DNA of 64,000 bases from Antedon mediterranea (Eukaryota; Animalia; Echinodermata), in contig NC_092672.1 of assembly GCF_964355755.1 (NCBI RefSeq), positions 13,702,001 to 13,766,000 of the forward strand, given 5' to 3'. The notes under the pieces were generated by a model. The model was not told the DNA's origin, ran no database searches, and saw nothing but the letters and a program-made list of their open reading frames with translations. Made by a program: the position numbers and the translations under genes. This document shows positions 39,270-49,443 of this stretch, one piece after another. Every line of letters starts with the position of its first letter. Within the stretch, counting starts at the first letter, position 1.

Positions 39270-39830
39270 ACCTCGGCCTAATGTGAACTACAAATTGTTG
39301 GCAAAAGTTATTTGTTTAAGGACATAGAAAGTCATTGGCATTGTTGGGTGGTCCCTATCAAACGTTCTGGCAGGAAGGTTCAATCGAAGTTGATTTTGGT
39401 TAGATATATTGTGGAATACGCGTCTCTTGATCCTTTGATCGAAGGCGTTTGATAGTTAATTTAAGGTTTTTTTTAACATTAAAAAGGTTTTGTTTCAAAG
39501 AAAATGTGTTGCGGTGGTTCCGCTGTTTTATGCTGAATCTTTTAGTCATGTCATGGTTAATGGGGCGGGGCGTGAGGCAATGCTGCCCTCTTTCTCCTGC
39601 TTTATGTTTTGTACATGAAGTCAGGTTTGATTCAGGGTGCGAAGTTACCTGGTAGTCGGGGTAAAGAATGCAAGTTCATTCAGTATGCGGATGATTTGAG
39701 ATGTGCGGTGTCGTCTTACTTTACTTCTGTGTTAAAGGCGTTTGAAGTTGCGTCCGATTCGCGTTCTCATACACAAAGAATCTTGAATAAATTCGCGTTG
39801 CCAGTTCTATTTTATGTTGCGCCATAAATG
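39270..39830 (+). mobile_element. Tx1 RT relic related to element A (copies at ~54530-55047 and ~58640-59200)
   Basis: LNVNYKLLAKV, GVRQCCPLSP, IQYADDL, ILNKFALPVLFYVAP match element A RT motifs. Confidence 0.75.
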
Positions 39831-40164
39831 CATGATGGGAACGACTGAATGAGGACGTGTACAAAACCAGCTCCGCTAAATATTTTCAACCAACACATTT
39901 TATAGTGATTCTACAATCTCACTGCTTCAGTAAGTCCATTTTACTTGCTTACTCACGTTCTACATCATTTTCCTGTTACTTATGGGGCCGAAACGAAATA
40001 AAGTTCCCTGAACCCACAGCAGCTGAGTCAACGATCAGCTCAAATCTCCCGCTACAGAAACATACCTTATACGGTCAGGAGCTGTGTGAGCTAAGCAAAG
40101 AGATCCGTGCCGGTATATCGAAGATTATGATCAATCATGAAAAAATATTCGATCGTATGCTTAA

Positions 40165-40790
40165 AGCCCCATTCCCTACGTTTTTTAGATCTAATTTAAG
40201 ATCACAAACTATATTTAATGTAAAAATAATACTATATGGTCCTATTGCGATAACTTTTTTCGTCTTTAAACGGTTAAAAATGTGAAAAATAAGCCGATTC
40301 TAATAATTATAGCGGCCCGCTATAAATCCCAAAATGCATTGCGCGCGGATTGATATTTTTGTTTTTCACCTGTAATTCGCCCACTTTTCGAACGATCGTG
40401 AGGCCAAAACAAATGGAAGACTCCTAACTTTTCAGCGAAAATACCGGGTTTTCCCCAATTTGTATCAACGGAGTCTGGCAAAAATAGAAAGACAATTAAT
40501 GCAGCAACTATACAACGTCAGGCTAGGTATATAGCTCGCGTACGATGTTCGTACGTTACCGATGTTTACCAGCTAGGCCTACAAAACTAAGCCTAGCTAG
40601 GCTAGGCCTAAGACCGTCCACGAGAGGTCGATCGCCGCGAGCTACTTAGGTAGTGCATTGTTTCTCACTTTTTATCATAATTTACCATAAAATGTACATT
40701 TAAGACAAGGAATGACATGGTTTAATGTTTTTAAAGTGATATATATGTATTATTTTCCAAAAAACGTCCAAAATTGCAGGGAAGGGGTCT
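40165..40790. mobile_element. Kolobok-like MITE with TTAA TSD, present only in duplicate X1
   Basis: Empty site gtatgcTTAAtattga at ~59525-59540; here TTAA flanks both sides (40161-40164, 40791-40794). Imperfect TIRs AGCCCCATTCCCTAC / GCAGGGAAGGGGTCT; AG..CT termini fit Kolobok rather than piggyBac. Confidence 0.85.
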
Positions 40791-40959
40791 TTAATATTGA
40801 ACCACTCAGCAATGCAAGTGGTTGCATTGCTAAATGCAGCCACTGAAGATAATTCAGCAAAGGTGAAAAAAAGCAAGAATGTCAGGTATGGAGTCTGCTC
40901 TGAAACAAAAGGATGAAACATTGCATTGCTGGAAGCGGCATACTACGGTATTTCCGTAG

Positions 40960-41425
40960 TTCAACCTTCGATTTGGAGGAATAGAGGAAACCGAAAATCA
41001 AAACCCATGGACAAAAATTAAGGAGATATTTACTTCCGAATTTAATCTACCAAATATAGAAGCTGAAAATGCTCATAAGGTTGGAAAACGACGACAGCAA
41101 GCCACGGCATATCATCATTAAATTTATTTTTAGGCCTCAAAGACAGTTGGTATTGATGAAAGTCAAGGAACTGTTACAAGGTAAACAACACTTTATCATA
41201 GAAGACCTAACTGACGCAGATGTGAACAAGGCCAACAGCCATAAGTTGCGTGCTAAAACGCATAGTGATACCGGACCGACAGACAGACCAACAGACCGAC
41301 CGACATAGTGAACTATAGAGTCGCGTCCACGCGACTAATAAACGTGAGCTAAAAACCATCGTGGCCGATAGATAGATATAGAGATGGTAAGCGTCTTCAG
41401 TTCCAGAATGGTAACCTCTACGCTT
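40960..41425 (+). mobile_element. LINE ORF1 (L1 transposase_22-like) relic (copy at ~59700-60166)
   Basis: NLRFGGIEE, IEAENAHKVG, PRHIIIKF, FIIEDLT motifs. Confidence 0.65.
41225..41338 (+). mobile_element. Short Helentron/HINE-like insertion in the ORF1 relic (copy at 59966-60079)
   Basis: Starts AACAAGGCC, contains (GACC/GACA)n, ends in hairpin AGTCGCGT-cc-ACGCGACT followed by AA; removing it rejoins EDLTDADV-NKRELK. Confidence 0.7.
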
Positions 41426-43136
41426 CCCTGTCATAAAAGAACGACTCAACTGACACATTTTTTAAAAATCACCTTTTTTTAGCTTTTTTGGCTATTTAGG
41501 AAATAATACACCTTGTGGAAAATTCAGATATTCAAAATTGTAACTAGAAATATGAAATTTTAAAATCAAAATGCCACTCAATTGCAAGTGTGTGTTACTA
41601 TTGTCACCAAAGACTAGCTCAACTGCAAATTCCATGAAAGACTCACACTGACAATGAAAGACTCACTCAAGTGCACACAACAATGGTGTTTACTGGACAG
41701 CAATGCATTGCTATTTGTTAACAATCTTGAGAGTTATTTATTTGGGTATGTCACTAAAATGGGAGAGAAATAACAACATTTTAATTAGTCACCTAAACTA
41801 TCAAAGTTTTAAGTAAAGAATTTCAAATGCTTCCCAAATTTTAAATCATGTTTAATTTTGTTATCAGTCATACTAGCTTCTATATTTCACTTTCAGTTTT
41901 GTTAAAACCGGTACTGTGTATCAAGAATTTGTGTTCAATTTCAAGAATACATAATGTCAATTACTGGGGTTTTTTTAAATAGAGGGATAATTGATAAATT
42001 TCATAATGATGGTAAAATTGTAGAAGAAAACAAAGGCATAACCAAAGGCATGAGTAAGTTCATATCATTCTAACTTTTAACTAAATGAAATATGTTATAA
42101 ATTTGAAATATTTATTTGTGTTATTATGAATATAAATCACATTTGTTTTAAATTAAAAAAAACTTTAATACCATAGTGTTTACATATTATAGTGAACAGA
42201 ACAGTTTCTGATAAACAGTTGGTTAGAAGGTTGCGCGGATTGGTTAAGAAGGAGGCACATTCTGGAATGGTATCCCAACTGACAAAGTTGCAGATTTGAC
42301 TGCCAGTCTAAATAATACAAATTACACAAAACAAAGTAATTAATGGAAATAGGCTGCTCTCTATTAAAGAAAAATAAATCTAATAGTATAATTAATAATC
42401 TATTAAAAGATGTATTCCTGTTCACATTATAATTAATGTATACTTTGGTTTAATTACCATCACATTATGTACATACAGAGTATAAGCCTACTACAGAGTT
42501 AATTAATGGTGAGTTAGAAATAGCTGGCCCCTCATTATAAATTATTGGAAAAATGTAATTATTATTATATCGTATTCTTGTTATATATAATTGATGTATA
42601 CTTTGTAATTTTTGTAACATATTAAATTATTTACAGTAACTATTTTGCTTTAAGAACCCAACAACGCTAGGCCCCTCACACCTAGGCCTACTAAGCCTAG
42701 CCATACAGGCCAGAGTTGGGGTTTTAAATTTTGCTATTATATAAAAAGAAGTCTCTTGAACAAGGTTATAAAGTTAAATAAAGTATTTTGTATATATGTT
42801 TACATTAATTTAGTACCTATTTGAATTTAAGAAAAAAAGTTTGTAGTTGAGTGGATTCTTCCATGACAAATGCAGTTGAGTTTCTTCTTCTTTCATGGTT
42901 TTCATGAGCGTGATTGACACAGAATGTCTTGAAAAACATTAAATCTGACATATCTAATAAAACATGGGGAAATCTTAAACAATGTTTACACAATAAAGAG
43001 GACTTATATAAGCTACTAAAAGGTATGACAATCAAATAATATAATCTACACAAAAGAAGAGCTAAAACCATATCACGTTTTGTGGATTATCTCAAAACTT
43101 TGCTTTGTGCAGTTAAGTCGTTCTTTCATGACGGGG
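41426..43136. mobile_element. Non-autonomous DNA transposon with 27-bp TIRs beginning CCC (copy at 60167-61882)
   Basis: CCCTGTCATAAAAGAACGACTCAACTG vs reverse complement of the right end CCCCGTCATGAAAGAACGACTTAACTG (24/27); TSD not resolved. Confidence 0.75.
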
Positions 43137-44124
43137 CAATTGGAAACTTTACTTCACTAAATGAAAAGATTATCTTTAGAGACCGACTTGGAGAACTACT
43201 TGATTTAGATAAGATTATCGTATAGATAAGAATTACACGATCACATTTATAATTCATTGGTTCCGTAATAATTAAAGATAGCTGGTTGATACACTATTCA
43301 GTTAGATTTATTCTTTAATCATTTAGATATATAACCATACATATTTTGGATGAAAGCATCACTGGACGAGACGTTGCGATGTTGCTAGACCATTTGATAA
43401 GTTTATAAGACACTCGGTATTAGGGTCAATCACATGGCAACCATGGACGATCAAACCAAATAAAATGTATGTACTTTGAAACTGGACACACTTTCATGTC
43501 AGTCGACTTGTTTTAAACATCAGATATAACTCGGAATGAAAAAAGAATGACTATGACAAGAAGATTTTTGTAATTGGTAATGATGCTGAGCGTGTAATTA
43601 AAATGTCTTACACATACTTTGTTAAATATAAAAATAAGAATGCAACACGTGGATAACCTTATAACACAAACCAAAGAAGTTTTATTCAAAACAGGAGAAG
43701 CAAAAATTTATTGGAAAACAGATTACATGGCCACTGAGTATACTTCAGGAGAATTTCTCAAAGCAAAATTATGCAAGCAATAAGAGACAAAACATAAAAC
43801 TCATTCATTAACATCTGAACAGGGAAGATCAAAATACAAGAAGCAATAGTTAAGCAATTGCTAACCAGGTACGGTTGGGTGCGATGTTATGGTAAGTCTA
43901 AAACGTGCCGTTGTTGTGGGGTCGTTGACCAGCTGGTTCAGGACTGATTGGGAACGTGTTCGAAAGGTTACTCTCTTGGTCAAATTTACTTAGAATGTAA
44001 GAACAAAGTAGTCTGCTCTATTTGTTTTGAGGCTGGCTGGTCGATGGCGATGAGTATTGAAGAGAAGGATGTAGGCTATCTCAAAACTTCTAATAATGTA
44101 GTAGGTAGTGAAGTAAAGAAAAGG

Positions 44125-44249
44125 GAAGAAGACATGTTGTAGGGGAAGAAGACATGTTGTAGGGGAAGAAGACATGTTTTAGGGGAAGAAGACATGACAT
44201 GTTTTAGGGGAAGAAGACATGTTGTAGGGGAAGAAGACATGTTGTAGGG
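44125..44249 (+). repeat. 20-bp minisatellite GAAGAAGACATGTTGTAGGG, left part (6 units); 4 more units at 49546-49625
   Basis: Direct tandem units split by the LINE insertion. Confidence 0.95.
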
Positions 44250-44749
44250 TAAGACGGCCTACGACAACCGTTTTTTATACAGCCTTCTCACCGGAAACTA
44301 CATTTAACGTTATATACAGCTACTGTAAACTACCTATGTAAGCCGCAATTAAGCGGCGGGATCTTTAAACACCGATTGGAACTGATTTTTTACTTGTTGG
44401 ATTAACATAACTCATGGCGACATTCCAGAGCAGCTGTTAAGCGGCAGGCCCACGACATAGGCCTGTCAAACCAAGATAAGTTGCTTTTGTTTGGTTTATT
44501 GTAATAACTCAATAGTAAATACCACAAGTTATATCAATTTCACTTTATAAATTTTCGTTACATTAACTTAATCTATAACTTCAGTATAAAAAAATTCAAC
44601 GGAATTTTCAAGTCACATGACCGGACTTGATCGAAAAACGCCACGTCACATTACCGAAACCAGTTGCTTCCGGTTCTACAATACCTCAACATAGCACGCA
44701 CTGGCTTACATAACTACACGTCTAATCACACTTAAACTTCTACATCAAT

Positions 44750-45732
44750 ATGATTGACATTGATAATTACCGGTTAAGAATAGGACTATATTGGAGAGGA
44801 AAACGAAATAAACAAAAGCGCATAAAAAGTCATGGTTCTTTAGGTGTAGTCATTAGAACTACACTACGACTATCCGCGTTATGCTTGTTACCTTTTTTGG
44901 CCGGCGATATCGAAAGCAATCCAGGTCCAGTTTACACTAGACAAGCTACATTGGATGAACTTACTGGTAAACCCACAACGGAAGACGCAACAACACAAGT
45001 GGCGCTGAATGCGGGAGGAAATGAACTTCCAATACAAAATATATTAATACAACTACAAACAATGAACACGAAATTGAATAAGAAAATGGATGACATTTCA
45101 GGAGATGTTAAAAGCGTAAAAGAAAAAATTGATACACTAAATAGCAACATGGACTCGCTAAACGAAAGAATGACAATAATAGAAGAAGAAAATCAACAAC
45201 TTAAAACAATGAACTTACAATTAATCAAACATATAGACAAAATTGAAGGTCAAAGCAGACGTAACAACCTGATAGTATATGGAGTAATAGATAGCGAACA
45301 TGAGAATTGGGATCAGAGTGAAAAGAAAGTAAAAGAACACTTTACAAATGATCTCGGTATTGGTGGGGAGAATATTGAGATTGAGAGGGCACATAGGCTC
45401 AACGCAAGATTTAAACCGAGACCGATCATTGTGAAATTCAAAGATTACAAAACTAAAGAAAATGTTCTAAAAGCAAGTAGAACACAACGTCGAAAAATGA
45501 ACAAAAATGAAGACCGGGGGGTGAAAGAAGGAAACAAATTACTATCAGCGAAGATTACACAGCAAGAGTTCGTAAGATCAGAAAAAATTTACAACCAAAA
45601 ATAGATGAAGCTATTAAAAGCGGAAAACCGTTCAAAATAAGATACGATAAACTCATTATTGATGACGAAACTTATACATATGATATAGATAATGATAAAG
45701 TAGTTAAGTATAGTAGATATAAACCTAGATAG
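44750..45732 (+). CDS. LINE ORF1 protein: N-terminal 2A-like peptide, coiled coil, L1-type RRM/CTD; one -1 frameshift near G6 run 45516-45521
   Basis: GDIESNPGP; heptad-rich segment; SRRNNLIVYGV, IERAHRL, RPIIVKF; ISEDYT..YDKLIID continues in the -1 frame to TAG 45730-45732. Confidence 0.82.
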
Positions 45733-46041
45733 GGGTCCGGCCATGGCCCAAACACATATCAAATAAACAACAAATGTAATAATATTATTGGTACAATTGT
45801 TGATAATGACGTAAATGACAATAATAATAATAATAAAGGTGAGAATAATAACGAAAATCAGGAAAAAGAAAATATTGACAATACAACTAATAATGGTCAA
45901 ACAAATGGTATAGATAACGATAACATAAACGCCGACGTTAATAATAGGAATAACAACGTCAATAATAACAATATATATACCAATGTTACAAATAAAAATA
46001 TAAGTAAAAGTATTTACACGTCCACCTCTTTAAAGACTATT

Positions 46042-49000
46042 GTGTGGAATATAAATGGTTTAAAAAGTAATTTTAGTGATTGTGAATTTATAAAATTTAT
46101 TTGTGATTTCGATGTAATATGTTTGGTTGAAACTTGGACAACTTATAGTGATGACTACTACATTAAGGGATATAATTGTATAAGTAAAATGCGAGAAAAG
46201 TTACAACACCGTGGTAGAAATACAGGTGGAATTATGATATATTATAAAACTAATATCAAAGTTAAAGAATTACCTAGCTTAATTAAGTATATTATGTGGT
46301 TACGAATCAAAACGGAGAACGATTCTATAATAATGGCTGTAGTTTACAGACCACCACAAAACTCCCCATATGCTAATAATAACAATTTATATGAAATACT
46401 TACAAACGAATACGCTGAATATTTATATAAATATAATAATAAAAATCAAATATTCATTGTTGGAGACTTCAATGGTAGAACAGGAGATTTATTGGATTAT
46501 GTCAACAACGATGTATGCCCAATAGATTGGGATAACGAATTATATATTGAAGATGATGAAGATAATTTAAAAATTAGAATTAATGAAGATGACGTCACGA
46601 ATAATTATGGCATAGATCTTCTCAATTTTTGTAAAGAAATGAATTTAAGAATTGCTAATGGTAGAATTAACCCAATGTATAGTAAAAGCTACACTTTCAT
46701 AGGACAACAAGGCAAAAGCGTAGTCGATTATATATTGACAAAAGCTGATAACTTCAGGTACATAGCAGATTTGAAAGTAGAAAATAGAATAGAATCTGAT
46801 CATATGCCAATTACGTTTCAATTAGGCCTTCTAACTAAAGATAATATAAAAATAAAAAAATGTAATATTGAAAATTGTCCTAATCCTAAACAAACTAAAT
46901 TCAATTGGTCAGAAACATATACTGAAACATTTAAATTAAGATTACAGCATAATAAAATCGATGAACTTAAAAATGAATTAACTAACTTGATTAATGATAA
47001 CCTAATTGATGAAGCTGTTTCAACTATAGGTAGATTGTATGAATATGCATGTAAAGGAATTATCCATAGGAATTCCAACAATAAAACAACTAAAGCTAAA
47101 GACACATGGTATGACAATCAATGTCTTACACTTAAAAACAAAGTTCGAAGAAATTTAAATAGATTCCGACACAATCGTACACAAACATTGCTTAATGCAT
47201 ACCTGGAAATAAAAAAAGAATATAAAACATTAATAAAAAATAAGAAATACAGCTATATTAAAAGATCACGTACAGAATTGATTAGATCATTAGGAGAAAA
47301 AAACTCCAAATCATTCTGGATTAAACTAAAACAAACAAAACCAAATTTTCCAAGTAACATATGTATTAATACATGGCGCACTCATTTCGAATCCTTATTT
47401 CATATTGATGAAAATAGAGATAATCAAAATGTAGAAAGTATCATTAATGATGAACCTGCTGTAAATGAAAACGAACCTAACCTAAATAATGACATTACAG
47501 TAGATGAGGTAATTCATGCCATTAAATCCCAAAAAACAGGTAAATCACCTGGAATCGATGGATTATTACCAGAACTTTTTATACACTCACCTCAAAATGT
47601 AATCAATCTAATAACAAAATTATATAATATAATTTATAATACAGGACAGTTTCCACAGCAATGGGCAACCAGCCTTATTGTCCCAATATTTAAAAAAGGT
47701 GACAAAGAACAACCAGAGAATTATAGAGGAATATCACTTATTCCCGTTTTTGCTAAAATTTTCCTACATATTATCAATAAAAGATTACAATTTTGGGCAG
47801 AAGATAATAACATTCTACATCAGGAACAAGCCGGTTTTAGAAAGGGGTTCAGAACATCGGATAATGTATTTATTCTTAACACAATCATTAATAAATACCT
47901 AGGAAAAAAACGTGGGAAAGTATATGTTGCTTTCATTGATTTTAAACGAGCCTTTGACTCCGTAGGACATCAATATCTTCACATAAAACTAAAAAATTCA
48001 GGAGTAAAAGGAAAAATGTTAAACGTTATTAATTCAATGTACAATAAGTTATCAGCACATGTTAAGGTCGACGGCAACATTAGTAATTCTTTCAAATGTC
48101 TAATAGGTATACAACAGGGTTCGCCACTCTCGTCCTTTTTATTTAATGTTTTTATTAATGATTTGAGTGAAACATTAAATGAGGAAGGCGACGAGCATAG
48201 AATCCAAATAGGAAATCTAAAAATTAATCATTTACTCTATGCAGATGACCTTATGTTATTTGGTGATACCGTTTATGGTCTACAATATTATTTAAACAAG
48301 TTATCTACCTATTGTGCAAGATGGGATGTAACTGTCAATGTTAACAAGAGTAATATTATGGTGTTTAAGAATGGTGGTAATCTTAACAAATTTGAAAAAT
48401 GGAATTACAATGGAAATACAGTTGACATTGTCAAATCCTTTAAATATTTAGGAGTTGTTTTCAACTCAAATGGTAATTGGAATAAAGCCAAAGAATACAA
48501 TTGTCAACAAGCTAATAAGGCTTTGTTCGCATTAAAAGGATTGACCCATAGACGTTTTGGTAACCTCCAAGTTAATATATGGAACCATATATTTGATGTT
48601 AAGATTATGCCAATCTTACTTTATGGTAGCGAAATATGGGGTTTAAATGATATATCAGTATTAGAGAAAGTTCATTTAAGATTCTGTAAATACATTCTAG
48701 GAATAGGTAATTCTGCACCAAGTGTTGCAGTGAGAGGAGAATGTGGAAGATTCACTATCCAAATTCAAATTATCATTAATATAATTCGTTATTGGCTTAG
48801 AGTAATCCAAATGGATAATGACAAATTTATTAAACAATGTTATGATTTTCAATATAGAAAAGCTCAAAGAAATGAGCAATGTTGGGCCAATGACGTAAAA
48901 CAAATACTATGCATAAATGGATTTGGTAACATATGGTACTCACAACAGGTTAATAATATATATACTTTTATTTCAAATTTTAAACAAAGGCTTACAGACA

Positions 49001-49443
49001 TTGAACGACAGAAATTCTACGAAGATACTAGGCTACACTCTAAGCTCCAATATTACAAGCACGTTAAATATAAGTTTGGAATTGAAGAATATCTAACAAA
49101 AGTAACAAATTACAAACATAGACAAATTATGACTAAGATACGACTAGGAATTTTAGAATTAGAAATTGAAAAAGGAAGATGGAATTGTATAAATAGAAAT
49201 GAAAGATTATGCAAATTATGTGCTTTACAATCAATTGAAGATGAATATCATTTCACTTTAGTTTGTCCATTTTATTCAGATATTAGAACTAAATATATGT
49301 TTTCCTTTTATACAAACAACCCAACTAAATTAAAATATATTTATCTTATGTCTGCCACAAATACTGATATTATTGTTAAACTTGGAAAATATTTATTTTT
49401 TTCATTTAAACGTAGAACAGAATTTTTAAACGCACTCAACTGA
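46042..49443 (+). CDS. LINE ORF2 protein: APE endonuclease + reverse transcriptase + C-terminal CCHC finger (frame open upstream to 45733; no ATG before the EN domain)
   Basis: WNING, ETW, GDFN, SDH; KSPGIDG, DFKRAFDS, QQGSPLS, LLYADD; CKLC..EDEYHF..VC; 1133 aa without stops. Confidence 0.95.
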   Translation: MWNINGLKSNFSDCEFIKFICDFDVICLVETWTTYSDDYYIKGYNCISKMREKLQHRGRNTGGIMIYYKTNIKVKELPSLIKYIMWLRIKTENDSIIMAVVYRPPQNSPYANNNNLYEILTNEYAEYLYKYNNKNQIFIVGDFNGRTGDLLDYVNNDVCPIDWDNELYIEDDEDNLKIRINEDDVTNNYGIDLLNFCKEMNLRIANGRINPMYSKSYTFIGQQGKSVVDYILTKADNFRYIADLKVENRIESDHMPITFQLGLLTKDNIKIKKCNIENCPNPKQTKFNWSETYTETFKLRLQHNKIDELKNELTNLINDNLIDEAVSTIGRLYEYACKGIIHRNSNNKTTKAKDTWYDNQCLTLKNKVRRNLNRFRHNRTQTLLNAYLEIKKEYKTLIKNKKYSYIKRSRTELIRSLGEKNSKSFWIKLKQTKPNFPSNICINTWRTHFESLFHIDENRDNQNVESIINDEPAVNENEPNLNNDITVDEVIHAIKSQKTGKSPGIDGLLPELFIHSPQNVINLITKLYNIIYNTGQFPQQWATSLIVPIFKKGDKEQPENYRGISLIPVFAKIFLHIINKRLQFWAEDNNILHQEQAGFRKGFRTSDNVFILNTIINKYLGKKRGKVYVAFIDFKRAFDSVGHQYLHIKLKNSGVKGKMLNVINSMYNKLSAHVKVDGNISNSFKCLIGIQQGSPLSSFLFNVFINDLSETLNEEGDEHRIQIGNLKINHLLYADDLMLFGDTVYGLQYYLNKLSTYCARWDVTVNVNKSNIMVFKNGGNLNKFEKWNYNGNTVDIVKSFKYLGVVFNSNGNWNKAKEYNCQQANKALFALKGLTHRRFGNLQVNIWNHIFDVKIMPILLYGSEIWGLNDISVLEKVHLRFCKYILGIGNSAPSVAVRGECGRFTIQIQIIINIIRYWLRVIQMDNDKFIKQCYDFQYRKAQRNEQCWANDVKQILCINGFGNIWYSQQVNNIYTFISNFKQRLTDIERQKFYEDTRLHSKLQYYKHVKYKFGIEEYLTKVTNYKHRQIMTKIRLGILELEIEKGRWNCINRNERLCKLCALQSIEDEYHFTLVCPFYSDIRTKYMFSFYTNNPTKLKYIYLMSATNTDIIVKLGKYLFFSFKRRTEFLNALN

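Noticed and set aside
40165-40790. piggyBac assignment for the TTAA-flanked MITE
   Set aside because: Termini are AG..CT, not the CC[C/T]..[A/G]GG ends of piggyBac; Kolobok fits better.
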